Under the pieces are notes generated by a model. That model searched no databases and had not been told where the DNA came from. It saw only the letters and a list, made by a program, of their open reading frames with translations. A stretch of 55,633 bases of DNA from a bacterium (GTDB taxonomy: Bacteria; Patescibacteriota; Dojkabacteria; JAKAPS01; JAJZLI01): positions 1 to 55,633 of the forward strand of contig DAHXLB010000026.1 in assembly GCA_027371855.1 (NCBI GenBank), given 5' to 3'. Below are positions 44,664 to 53,464 of this stretch, piece after piece (the stretch's first letter is position 1; the number at the start of each line of letters is the position of its first letter). The position numbers and the translations under genes were made by a program.

Positions 44664-46583
44664 TTATTTCTTCACTACAGTTATTTTTTTTGAAACACTA
44701 CTAGCATTACTCAACCCTTTGGATATATTATAATAGCTCTTATTTTTTGTAAGTACATATAAATTCAGGTATATATAGCTTAAAGACATATCAACTCCAT
44801 TTAACTTGTAAAATCCTTGATAATCATGGTAAGTACTGTCTAATGGAAAATATTTACTTATAGCTTTTTTATATAATTGTATAGATTTCTTTGTATCCTT
44901 TAGATAACTATAATTTTCTGCTAAAAGTAAAACATATTTAGGATCAGAGTATTTATTAAAATTATAAGCCTCTCTAAGATATTCTATGGCTTTTTTGTGT
45001 TGACCTTCTTGTATATATGCTTGGCCAATTTTATATGGAATTTCTGGGTTATAAGGTGCAAGTTTTTGAGCCTTAAGAAGTTCAGAAATTGCTAAATTAT
45101 CCTTCCTTAATAACAGATTGTTTGAAGATTCCCATATATATGTATCATAATTATACGGGTTATATTTTAATGATGATCTAAAATACCATGCAGCCTGCTT
45201 TATATTAAAATTATTATATGCATTAACACCTTTATTAAACAAGGTATTAGAGTAAAATATATCTATAGACACAACAATTGAAAGTAATAATATAATAAAC
45301 ATGAGTAACGATAGTCTATTTTCTAAAGCTTTAATATCATTATTTCTAACATGCATAAATATACCTATGAAAATAAACAGTAGTAAAAATATGGCTTTCG
45401 ATTCCCAGTCATAGTCTATAACTACATGAGCCATGGAACCAGCAATTCCAGCAAATATAAATATGTATACCAAATCCGAAGGAAGTTTATTCTTATATTT
45501 CAGCATTCTATATTTGGAAATATTCTTCACCCCTAAATAGAATATATATACAAAGAAGGATAGAAATACTAATCCTCCAATAATACCTTCCTCCACAAAT
45601 ATTTGGAGATATTGATTATGAGTATATGTAAAGTATACCCAAGGGATATCTTGATATTTAGCAAAAATATCCCCAAATGTTCCTAACCCTGTTCCAAATA
45701 TTGGATAATGAGTAACTATATTCAAACTTCTAAAATCTACACTAATCCTATCAATAACAGATAAACTTGATCCTGAAGTAACAGATCCAGTAACTCGATT
45801 TAAAGATATTCTTGCTGTTTGAGAATTAGGGTTTATATATGATATTAGCCCAATAAATAACAATGATAAGATAATTAATACCAAAAACCTCTTTAGATAT
45901 ATTTTATAATATCTTATAAAAACAACTGTTAAAAATATTACCTCAATTACGAAAGCAATGTATGCCCCACGAGACAGTGTAAAGTAAAAAGATACTATAA
46001 ATATAGAAGACAGAATAATATTAAGCAAAATTAATAAAGTTTTTCTTGATATAAAAAGAAAATATAAAGATATAGGTATTATTATCAATAAAAATCCTGC
46101 TGCCGTGTCTGGGTCTAGTAGAGTACCTGTTAATCTTGTATCATATCCGCTTATATAATTGAATAATGCATATAAAGAAAATATTAAACCAATGGATAAA
46201 ACCCATCCTAAAAACCATTTTATTAACTTTATATCTTTAAATAAGTCAAAGGATATTATAAATATAACAAACAAAGCAATATAGGATAATAAGGAAATAA
46301 AACTAGTATAAGGATCTATACTAAAGACTGTGGTAATGATAGAAAAAAATAGGAATAGAATAAAAATATATGATGCTAGTTTTGGTATTTGTATATCTTT
46401 CCTTAAATATCTTAATATAAATAATCCAGATGCAAAAATATTTAAAACAAGTACAGCAGAGGTATTGCTCATATTCTGAGCAAAAAATAAGAATACTATA
46501 AATATAATAACTAACCAATATATATATATCTTAAATACTAAAAGTTCAATTGGTGGGTTTAATATTTTCTTTACAACATTCAT
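44664..46583 (-). CDS. O-antigen ligase/polymerase-like (Wzy_C) membrane protein fused to C-terminal TPR repeats
   Basis: 639 aa with about 12 TM segments. THNQYLQIFVEEGIIGG is the Wzy_C signature. The C-terminal ~200 aa contain TPR-like repeats (AYIQEGQHKKAIEYLREAY...). Confidence 0.75.
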   Translation of the reverse strand: MNVVKKILNPPIELLVFKIYIYWLVIIFIVFLFFAQNMSNTSAVLVLNIFASGLFILRYLRKDIQIPKLASYIFILFLFFSIITTVFSIDPYTSFISLLSYIALFVIFIISFDLFKDIKLIKWFLGWVLSIGLIFSLYALFNYISGYDTRLTGTLLDPDTAAGFLLIIIPISLYFLFISRKTLLILLNIILSSIFIVSFYFTLSRGAYIAFVIEVIFLTVVFIRYYKIYLKRFLVLIILSLLFIGLISYINPNSQTARISLNRVTGSVTSGSSLSVIDRISVDFRSLNIVTHYPIFGTGLGTFGDIFAKYQDIPWVYFTYTHNQYLQIFVEEGIIGGLVFLSFFVYIFYLGVKNISKYRMLKYKNKLPSDLVYIFIFAGIAGSMAHVVIDYDWESKAIFLLLFIFIGIFMHVRNNDIKALENRLSLLMFIILLLSIVVSIDIFYSNTLFNKGVNAYNNFNIKQAAWYFRSSLKYNPYNYDTYIWESSNNLLLRKDNLAISELLKAQKLAPYNPEIPYKIGQAYIQEGQHKKAIEYLREAYNFNKYSDPKYVLLLAENYSYLKDTKKSIQLYKKAISKYFPLDSTYHDYQGFYKLNGVDMSLSYIYLNLYVLTKNKSYYNISKGLSNASSVSKKITVVKK

Positions 46584-46633
46584 ATAAAAAAATCTTTATA
46601 TATTATGATAATTTATAATAAAAAATTATACCA

Positions 46634-46662
46634 TTTACATTGGGAATATAATATTGTATATT
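46634..46662 (+). promoter_or_regulatory. Candidate promoter TTTACA-17-TATATT, 6 nt before the ATG
   Basis: TTTACA at 46634-46639 and TATATT at 46657-46662. ATG at 46669. Confidence 0.45.
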
Positions 46663-46668
46663 TTATGT

Positions 46669-47013
46669 ATGAAAGGTAGTATGATTGCAAAATTGTTTTT
46701 GTTAGTTGTTGTAATAATAAGTTTATATTATGTATCAACTAGAGTACACGCTGCAAGTCCAAACATAGGTCCAATACAAAGGTATGAAATACAATCTCAG
46801 GGATCTTTTGTTAATACCCAAAAATCTATAATACTTTATTTATCATCTTTACCAGCAACTTCTATAATATTTCAACACGCTGTTTATAATGGCTCTATAA
46901 CAGGAGCTCAGGATACTTTATGTACTTTTTATTCTACGAGTACTGGATCAATGATCACAACACCCAATAGCACACCTAACTATTCAGGTAACAACCCAGG
47001 TAATTGTAATTAA
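46669..47013 (+). CDS. Small secreted hypothetical protein
   Basis: Signal-peptide-like MKGSMIAKLFLLVVVIISLYYVSTRVHA|AS. The mature part is S/T/N-rich and no family was recognised. The ORF-track start at 46654 is a TTG. Confidence 0.5.
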   Translation: MKGSMIAKLFLLVVVIISLYYVSTRVHAASPNIGPIQRYEIQSQGSFVNTQKSIILYLSSLPATSIIFQHAVYNGSITGAQDTLCTFYSTSTGSMITTPNSTPNYSGNNPGNCN

Positions 47014-47987
47014 ACACTTTGTAATGGATGAAACTTTCTATGTGTTTCTTCTGCATATTTGTCTGAGGCATGAACATACTTGTTAGTTGTTTGTAATGAT
47101 TCATGTCCTAAAAGAATTTGTATAGCAGCTGGATTAGCACCTTCTTCTGCAAGATAAGTAGCGAACCCATGCCTTAAACTATGAGCACTAGTTGGAACAA
47201 CAATACCAATTTTTTTTCTGTAGAATGAGATTCTATCTTGTATATAATTAGTTGATATTCTTTGATTTGTATGACCATTTCTTCCACCTCTAAGTGGAGC
47301 AAATAGAGAGGGGTATTCATCATTCCTTAAACTTAAATAATCAAATATATATTTTATTGCTCTTGAAGTTAAGTATACGAATCTCTGTTTTTTTCCTTTA
47401 CCCATAACATAAATTTTACCTTCGTCATTAATATGTTCTTTATTTAAAGAAACAAGTTCAGATATTCTCATACCTGTAGAAAAGAGAAGTTCTAATATAG
47501 CTCTATTCCTTGCACCTACTATCTTATCCTTCTCATAAGTACTAGGAAATTCAATTAATCTTATAAGTTCTGACATTTCTGCTACTTGAGACTCTTTTCT
47601 TTCTGTCTTTATAAGTTTTACCATTTCTGGAGTTATAGGAGTCTTGACATCAAATTCTATCAAGTATTTGAGGTATGATCTTAAAGAAGACAGTATTCTA
47701 TTAATGGATCTACTAGATAATTTACCAACATCATCTTTAGCAAAATTATGAAGTTTACTTTTATCATCTTTTAAAATCTCAAAGTATTTACCACTACGCA
47801 AAAAATCCTTAAAAAGGACGATGGTTTTTTTATCTACATCTTTAAATTTAAAGTTATTAAATGATAAGAATGTTTCAAATAAAGAAAGATCTCTAGTGTA
47901 GTTATATATCGTCTCTTTAGAATAATTATTATTTAACAGGTTCAATATAAAATTTTCTTTTTCATTTAATAAGTCTTTCTTCTCCAT
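47010..47987 (-). CDS. Tyrosine recombinase, XerC/XerD family
   Basis: 325 aa with an N-terminal SAM-like core-binding domain and a catalytic domain with ARNRAILELLFSTGMRISE, HSLRHGFATYL and LLGHESLQTTNKYVH. Confidence 0.85.
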   Translation of the reverse strand: MEKKDLLNEKENFILNLLNNNYSKETIYNYTRDLSLFETFLSFNNFKFKDVDKKTIVLFKDFLRSGKYFEILKDDKSKLHNFAKDDVGKLSSRSINRILSSLRSYLKYLIEFDVKTPITPEMVKLIKTERKESQVAEMSELIRLIEFPSTYEKDKIVGARNRAILELLFSTGMRISELVSLNKEHINDEGKIYVMGKGKKQRFVYLTSRAIKYIFDYLSLRNDEYPSLFAPLRGGRNGHTNQRISTNYIQDRISFYRKKIGIVVPTSAHSLRHGFATYLAEEGANPAAIQILLGHESLQTTNKYVHASDKYAEETHRKFHPLQSV

Positions 47988-48031
47988 AAAATCATTATAG
48001 AGTAAAAATACTAAAATTATAACAATTAATT

Positions 48032-48697
48032 TTAATAACCTGGGAAGAAATCTTTCTTTATATTATCAAGACCTAAACTATGAAGTGTACCAAAAACCAA
48101 ATTAACAAAACCTTTAGGCCCCGAAATATAGTATTTCTTATCTTTATAAGATTCAATTTCAGTTATATGATTTTCACTAAATGTATCGGTGGAGTAGAGA
48201 ACCTTCAAGAATTTTTGATCTTTGATACCATCAATTTCTTTTCTATAAGGAAATTCTTCATTCTTATTAAAGTAGAGTAGGTCTGCATTAATAGAGTAGT
48301 TGTTATAATTCATATCTAGTAATATAGATCTAAAAGGTGTAATCCCAATTCCTCCTGCAATAAAAACCAAATTCTGATCTTTATTCGTATAATCAACAAT
48401 AAAATCCCCCCAAGGCCCCATGGCTTCAACTGAAGTATTTAACTTTAAATTTAACAAATCTTCTTTAAATGTACTAGATCTCTCTTTATTAAATCTTGTA
48501 GTTATAACAATTGATTTTTCAAATGGAGCAGAGGATATTGTAAAAAATCTATCAACACCTCTATCATCTGGCTCATTCCTTTCTAAGGTATATTGCATAA
48601 ACTGCCCAGCTTTCCAGTTAATAGGTATTTCTGATTCAAAAACAAAAGAAAATACATCTTCCGTATCTTTTCTTTTATCTTTTAATATCAGTTTCAT
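48032..48697 (-). CDS. FNR-like FAD/NAD(P)-binding oxidoreductase
   Basis: 221 aa with RFFTISS (RxYS-type FAD motif) and FIAGGIGITP (NAD(P) motif). Confidence 0.75.
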   Translation of the reverse strand: MKLILKDKRKDTEDVFSFVFESEIPINWKAGQFMQYTLERNEPDDRGVDRFFTISSAPFEKSIVITTRFNKERSSTFKEDLLNLKLNTSVEAMGPWGDFIVDYTNKDQNLVFIAGGIGITPFRSILLDMNYNNYSINADLLYFNKNEEFPYRKEIDGIKDQKFLKVLYSTDTFSENHITEIESYKDKKYYISGPKGFVNLVFGTLHSLGLDNIKKDFFPGY

Positions 48698-48915
48698 TCC
48701 TGTTTAACAAAATCCTGAATATCTTTGGAGGAATCAAACCCTAAAATTGCATGAGTCCCATCACAAAAAGGCTTACTTGAAGACTGTCCACATCTACAAA
48801 GGTAAACCTCTTCAGAATCTAAAGTAATTTTATTACCTTCTGAATCCTCCAAAACATCTCCAGCAGAAACATTCAATTTTATTGGTCCGTTTTTAGTAAA
48901 TTTTATATTTGCCAT
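48694..48915 (-). CDS. CDGSH iron-sulfur domain protein
   Basis: 73 aa with the CRCGQSSSKPFCDGTH signature. 4-nt overlap with the downstream oxidoreductase. Confidence 0.8.
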   Translation of the reverse strand: MANIKFTKNGPIKLNVSAGDVLEDSEGNKITLDSEEVYLCRCGQSSSKPFCDGTHAILGFDSSKDIQDFVKQE

Positions 48916-48959
48916 AGTATTATTTATTATAAAATAATCATATTAAATTTAGATTAACT

Positions 48960-49130
48960 CTATATATAATGTATTAAATTAAAGTGTAATGCAAGAGCAA
49001 AAAATATAACTAATAAAAATATATACCTTAGTATCTTAAATACCAATTTTATAATAAAACCTTGAGCTCTTATGAAGGTCATTATAAAGAAAATAATTAG
49101 GAGTATTGCTATAAAAATATAAAGATTCAT
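48960..49130 (-). CDS. Possible small two-TM membrane protein (56 aa)
   Basis: Below the ORF-track cut-off. MNLYIFIAILLIIFFIM...YIFLLVIFFALAL. It is preceded by an extended -10 element. Coding status is uncertain in AT-rich DNA. Confidence 0.3.
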   Translation of the reverse strand: MNLYIFIAILLIIFFIMTFIRAQGFIIKLVFKILRYIFLLVIFFALALHFNLIHYI

Positions 49131-49139
49131 ATTCTACAA

Positions 49140-49148
49140 ATTATATCA
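49140..49148 (-). promoter_or_regulatory. Extended -10 element TGATATAAT for the small-ORF/CDGSH/FNR operon
   Basis: The minus strand reads TGATATAAT, followed by 9 nt and then ATG (49130). Confidence 0.4.
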
Positions 49149-49364
49149 TCTATATTAATACAAAGGTATATTTACAAGTCTATTTCACAATGTTCCCACA
49201 TAATGGGTATGTTGTGAAATCTAGAAGTACATATAAGTAGTGAAAATAGTGTCAGAACTTTTTCAAAATCACCCGATAATCATCTATATATAGTTTATAT
49301 AGTTTGAAAATAACCCTCACAACTAATTATTGACGGATTTATACCAATTAGACAACACACGTAC

Positions 49365-49394
49365 TTGACTACTAATATCATAATGTGATATGAT
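49365..49394 (+). promoter_or_regulatory. Promoter of the second antitoxin-PIN module
   Basis: TTGACT (49365-49370), an 18-nt spacer, then TGa-TATGAT (49386-49394). ATG at 49401 follows after 6 nt. Confidence 0.55.
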
Positions 49395-49400
49395 ACATAT

Positions 49401-49622
49401 ATGAAAAAAATTCAGTTGTATATTCCCGAAAATTTATACCAGGAGATAACAACCATAGCATCCCAAGATCAGTTATCTATTCCTGTATTCATAAGAAATT
49501 TTCTTATAAAAACAATGGAGGAGAAAAAAGGTAGGGGGATAGAAACATTAAAAAAATTTTCTCAATATAATCTTGATGGGGGGAACTTATCTACCAACAT
49601 TGACAACATATTATATAAATGA
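49401..49622 (+). CDS. Ribbon-helix-helix-type antitoxin (putative VapB)
   Basis: 73 aa. The N-terminal MKKIQLYIPENLYQEITTIA is consistent with an RHH beta-strand plus helix. 4-nt overlap with the downstream PIN gene. Confidence 0.6.
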   Translation: MKKIQLYIPENLYQEITTIASQDQLSIPVFIRNFLIKTMEEKKGRGIETLKKFSQYNLDGGNLSTNIDNILYK

Positions 49623-50017
49623 AAATCTTCATAGATTCAAATATTTTTATATCATTAGTAAACAGAACAGATCCAAATCATAAGAAAGCTCTGTATTTAT
49701 TCAATGAAATTGAGAAAAATAAAGATGATGTCACAACTTCAAATTATGTAATTTCAGAAGTTACAACAATCCTTTCCCAAAGATTTAGTCACAATATGGC
49801 AATAAAATTCGGAAATGATTTATATTCTGGAGACACCATCATATTGACAACAGATAAATATATTGAGAATTTAACATGGGATATTTTTAAAAAAAATATA
49901 AATAAAGATATAAGTTATGTGGATTGCTCAAATATTGCTTTTTGTACAAAACATAAAATCTCCAAAATGATTACTTTTGATAAAAACCTAACTAATTTAT
50001 ATAAAGAATATTCATAA
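49619..50017 (+). CDS. PIN-domain toxin (VapC-like)
   Basis: 132 aa with MKIFIDSNIFISL, ...SNYVISEV... and ...SYVDCSNIAF...MITFDKN PIN acidic-residue motifs. Confidence 0.75.
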   Translation: MKIFIDSNIFISLVNRTDPNHKKALYLFNEIEKNKDDVTTSNYVISEVTTILSQRFSHNMAIKFGNDLYSGDTIILTTDKYIENLTWDIFKKNINKDISYVDCSNIAFCTKHKISKMITFDKNLTNLYKEYS

Positions 50018-50977
50018 GTGCGGGTTCTATACTTTTCCATAATATACCAATTCCTCAATTTATATTAAGAATATAGTTTAAATTTAATATATAGTTGATT
50101 AATTACTTAGGTAAAGTTATTGTGTCCCAAAATAGCCTCAATATGGACGTTTTGCTATAATAGCGCCATTAATTGGCAACTTTATTGTATTTTCACAACA
50201 AATTAGAGTAAACCATCTATAGAATAAAAAATTAAGTTTATATCTATAGGGGATAGGAAAAAATGGCGAATATATAATAAAGAAATATATTATTAAAGAA
50301 AGTAAATAATTATTTATAAATATCAAAGAAGAATGATCGCTTAGAATAGAGAAGTAGCAGGAGGGGATTGAGTAAAGATTTTGTGTGATGTATAACTGAG
50401 TATAAGGGTGATTATACTCAATTATATTCTTACTACTTTATAGACAATATTGCTATACTCTCTTGGAGAAGTACTCTCTTAGGCTATACATACTCATATA
50501 CTTTAATATAACTAATATCATTTATAGTTATGTATTATCTTAAATACTTCATATATAAGAATATATTATTTACAATAACTACAAACACTCACTTATCCAC
50601 ATTGACAATAATTATTTAAAAAACTATAGGGTATTATATGAATACTATAGGATTCCCCACTCTTTGACTACATAATGTGAATTTTTGGCTCTGTGACAGC
50701 ACAATAAGGATACTTATAAAGGATATATTACAGGGTGTGGAATTTGTTCAATTGTGGAATAATAGTATTTAATTGACTAACATAATACAATACCTTAGGA
50801 ATTGACGCACATAGTTCCTAATATCAAGAGTTTAAGTATTCAAGTAGTTACATTTAGTCTTAAAGCAAAAAAGTAAAACAGGACAACTTATATCACAATA
50901 ACATAATCTATACAGTACAGTGTATAAAATATGTCTTATTTATACAGTATAATGTACAAATGACCACCTAGCTACAT

Positions 50978-51002
50978 AAAAATCCTAGTTTGATAGGATT
51001 TT
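50978..51002 (-). terminator. Intrinsic terminator downstream of the membrane-protein/ruv operon
   Basis: AAAATCCTA-gtttga-TAGGATTTT forms a 9-bp stem. On the minus strand the 3' arm runs into TTTTT. It starts 9 nt after the stop at 51011. Confidence 0.65.
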
Positions 51003-51010
51003 GGAGCCTT

Positions 51011-51841
51011 TTATAATATCCCTCCAGCAATACCCCACCCTGGAAGGAGTATAAACAATATAAATACTACTACAAATATTATCGTGTACTCTAAAAAAAT
51101 CCTTTGTGAAAGATGACTTTTCTTATAATGGATAATAATCCCATCATATATAAAAGTGATGACTGTTAGAAATAATGCTGTAATAAAGAAACTTTGTGGC
51201 ATAAATAGAACTACCAGATAAAAGGTACTCATCATAAAAGCAACAATTAAAGAGTATCTCACTATATCCCTAGATACGTATATTAAATTCCACATAAACT
51301 GTGCAGATAAAACAAACATACCAACAAACATGACTAAAATAGAAAATGTAACCCCTACTCTATTTGATAGAACAAAAATAAAAAATAAATAACTTATGAA
51401 AAGAGATATAACATAATTTGAAGTATAACTGAATTGTGCAAGAGGTACATTTTCTATATATGAGGCATCTATAATAGACAAATTTAAGAAGGAAGAATAT
51501 AAAAATATCAAAAAAATAACAAAAAGTATGGTAATTGTTAAATAAAATAACAACCCAGGTTGGGAAATATATGAAAAGACATTAAATATAAAAAAACTAA
51601 AGGAAAAAATAAGAATAAAGATAAAACTTATATAACTTAACATACCAAGTAGAGATATCTTAAAATTTATTATCCATAAACTAGATATATATGATACTAA
51701 AAGCAAAATAATTGTAAATACATAAAAATTAGTATGAGAAATAAATTCAAAATATAGCAATATAGACACTACAAATATTGATATTATAGATTTTACCTTC
51801 ACATTTGGATTATAGAAAGGAGAGTTGTTCATTATAATCAA
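51011..51841 (-). CDS. Polytopic membrane protein, unknown function
   Basis: 276 aa with about 8 hydrophobic helices and no recognised motif. It overlaps the ruvB 3' end, so it may start at a downstream Met. Confidence 0.55.
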   Translation of the reverse strand: MIIMNNSPFYNPNVKVKSIISIFVVSILLYFEFISHTNFYVFTIILLLVSYISSLWIINFKISLLGMLSYISFIFILIFSFSFFIFNVFSYISQPGLLFYLTITILFVIFLIFLYSSFLNLSIIDASYIENVPLAQFSYTSNYVISLFISYLFFIFVLSNRVGVTFSILVMFVGMFVLSAQFMWNLIYVSRDIVRYSLIVAFMMSTFYLVVLFMPQSFFITALFLTVITFIYDGIIIHYKKSHLSQRIFLEYTIIFVVVFILFILLPGWGIAGGIL

Positions 51842-52850
51842 GATTTAAATAATCATATGCCAATTTAGTTGCAATTCTACCCTTAGATGTCCTCTTTAGA
51901 AAACCTGATTGTATTAAATATGGTTCACATACATCCGAAATAGTACTAGTATCCTCAGATAATGCCGCAGCTATAGTATTAATTCCCACAGGTCCTCCAT
52001 TAAATTTTTCTATTACTACCTTTAAAAGCTTTATATCTAAGGCATCCAACCCTAGTTTATCTATATCATGAGCAGACATAGCAAGTAGAACTGTAGCATT
52101 ATCAATCTTATTTATCTTATACACCTGACTATAATCTCTTACCCTACGAAGTAGTTTATTTGCTACTCTCGCTGTTCCTCTGCTGCGTGATGCAATTTCA
52201 GATATAGCATCATCACTAATTGATATATTTAATATATCTGCACTTCTCTTTAATATCTTTCCTATCTCTATATCATTATAAAAATCAAGTCTAAATGTAA
52301 CTCCAAATCTATCACGTAGAGGTGAAGATAAAAGCCCTAACCTCGTTGTTGCCCCTATTATAGTAAATCTTTCAAGCTCTAGTCTCATTGTCCTTGCAGA
52401 TGGACCAGCTCCAAGAATAATATCAAATGCAAAATCTTCCATAGCTGGATATAACATCTCCTCCACAATTTTAGGAAGTCTGTGTATTTCATCAATAAAT
52501 AAAATATCCTGCTTATTCAAACTAGTAAGTATAGCTGCCAGATCTGCAGTCCTTTCAATGGCAGGACCTGATGTTACCTTTATATTAACACCCATTTCAT
52601 TAGCAACAACATATGATAAACTTGTTTTACCTAACCCCGGAGGACCATAAAAAAGTATATGGTCAACAGAATCACCCCTCATCTTTGCAGATTCTATCAA
52701 AATATTTAAACTCTTTTTCTCCTTATCCCTGCCTATAATATCCTTAAATAGTTTTGGTCTAACAGTAATGAGTGTATCATTAGAATCTGATCTTTTAGTA
52801 TTTATAGTTTTATTTTCAGTATCTGTTGTGCTCACATCTTTACCTTTCAT
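51810..52850 (-). CDS. ruvB: Holliday junction branch-migration helicase RuvB
   Basis: 346 aa with Walker A GPPGLGKT, Walker B FIDEIH, sensor motifs and a winged-helix C-terminus. Confidence 0.95.
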   Translation of the reverse strand: MKGKDVSTTDTENKTINTKRSDSNDTLITVRPKLFKDIIGRDKEKKSLNILIESAKMRGDSVDHILFYGPPGLGKTSLSYVVANEMGVNIKVTSGPAIERTADLAAILTSLNKQDILFIDEIHRLPKIVEEMLYPAMEDFAFDIILGAGPSARTMRLELERFTIIGATTRLGLLSSPLRDRFGVTFRLDFYNDIEIGKILKRSADILNISISDDAISEIASRSRGTARVANKLLRRVRDYSQVYKINKIDNATVLLAMSAHDIDKLGLDALDIKLLKVVIEKFNGGPVGINTIAAALSEDTSTISDVCEPYLIQSGFLKRTSKGRIATKLAYDYLNLDYNEQLSFL

Positions 52851-52857
52851 ATTATCA

Positions 52858-53439
52858 TTATAAATTACCGTTGCCTTTAGATCCAGAACCTTTCAATAGG
52901 ATTAGTCCTTTCTTTACAGCATCTTTAGTATCAATAATTCCAACCAAATCATTAGATATAACTGATATTTCCTCATATGAGAAACCTAAAGATATAAGTG
53001 CATCTTGAACATCTCTATTTAAAGATACTCCTTCATATTTAAAATTATCAAGTTTTCCTCTAAGTTCAAGAACAATTCTCTCAGCAACCTTCTTACCTAA
53101 TCCTGGAATTGACGATAAAAAATTGGAATCTTCTTCAATAATTGCCTTCACTAAAATCTGAGATTGATGATAAGAAAGTATATTTAAAGCACCTTTAGGA
53201 CCTATACCAGATACAGAAATTAATTTTTCAAAAAGAAAAAGATCTTCTTTATTAGGAAAACCAAAAAGTCTAAAATACTTATCACCTACATCAGAATAGA
53301 TAAATACTTCAATTTCAGAAACATCTTCTTTTAGCATCAAAGGCTTTATAACCTCCACCTTATACCCAACATTATTAACCTCTATTACTAGATAATCAGT
53401 ACCTCTATATATTACATTCCCTTTTAAATATCCAATCAT
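52858..53439 (-). CDS. ruvA: Holliday junction DNA-binding protein RuvA
   Basis: 193 aa with MIGYLKG, two HhH motifs (VSGIGPKGA, IPGLGKKVAERI) and domain III. The C-terminal GSGSKGNGNL tail comes from a palindromic module. Confidence 0.92.
   Translation of the reverse strand: MIGYLKGNVIYRGTDYLVIEVNNVGYKVEVIKPLMLKEDVSEIEVFIYSDVGDKYFRLFGFPNKEDLFLFEKLISVSGIGPKGALNILSYHQSQILVKAIIEEDSNFLSSIPGLGKKVAERIVLELRGKLDNFKYEGVSLNRDVQDALISLGFSYEEISVISNDLVGIIDTKDAVKKGLILLKGSGSKGNGNL
52874..52894. repeat. Palindromic module copy (minus strand AAAGGTTCTGGATCTAAAGG)
   Basis: It encodes KGSGSKG at the RuvA C-terminus. Confidence 0.6.
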
Positions 53440-53464
53440 AAAAATTTACTTGAGGCCAGCCTCT

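Noticed and set aside
50138-50326. 62-aa minus-strand ORF in the long non-coding region
   Set aside because: It has no promoter or RBS context, an Ile/Phe/Tyr-rich composition expected by chance in AT-rich DNA, and no motif. The region is treated as non-coding.
50593-50601. Perfect DnaA box TTATCCACA in the 1-kb non-coding region (possible oriC)
   Set aside because: There is only one perfect box there, plus a few 6-7/9 matches (e.g. TGTGGAATA at 50753-50761). A second perfect TTATCCACA occurs inside pilM coding sequence (28461-28469). About 0.7 such hits are expected by chance in a window of this composition. No dnaA/dnaN gene is adjacent. The evidence is insufficient to call an origin.
50018-51010. 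Possible CRISPR array or tandem-repeat RNA (type III antitoxin-like) next to the PIN gene
   Set aside because: The repeats seen are only 8-9 nt, occur twice each, and have irregular spacing. There are no 25-40-nt direct repeats with regular spacers and no cas genes.
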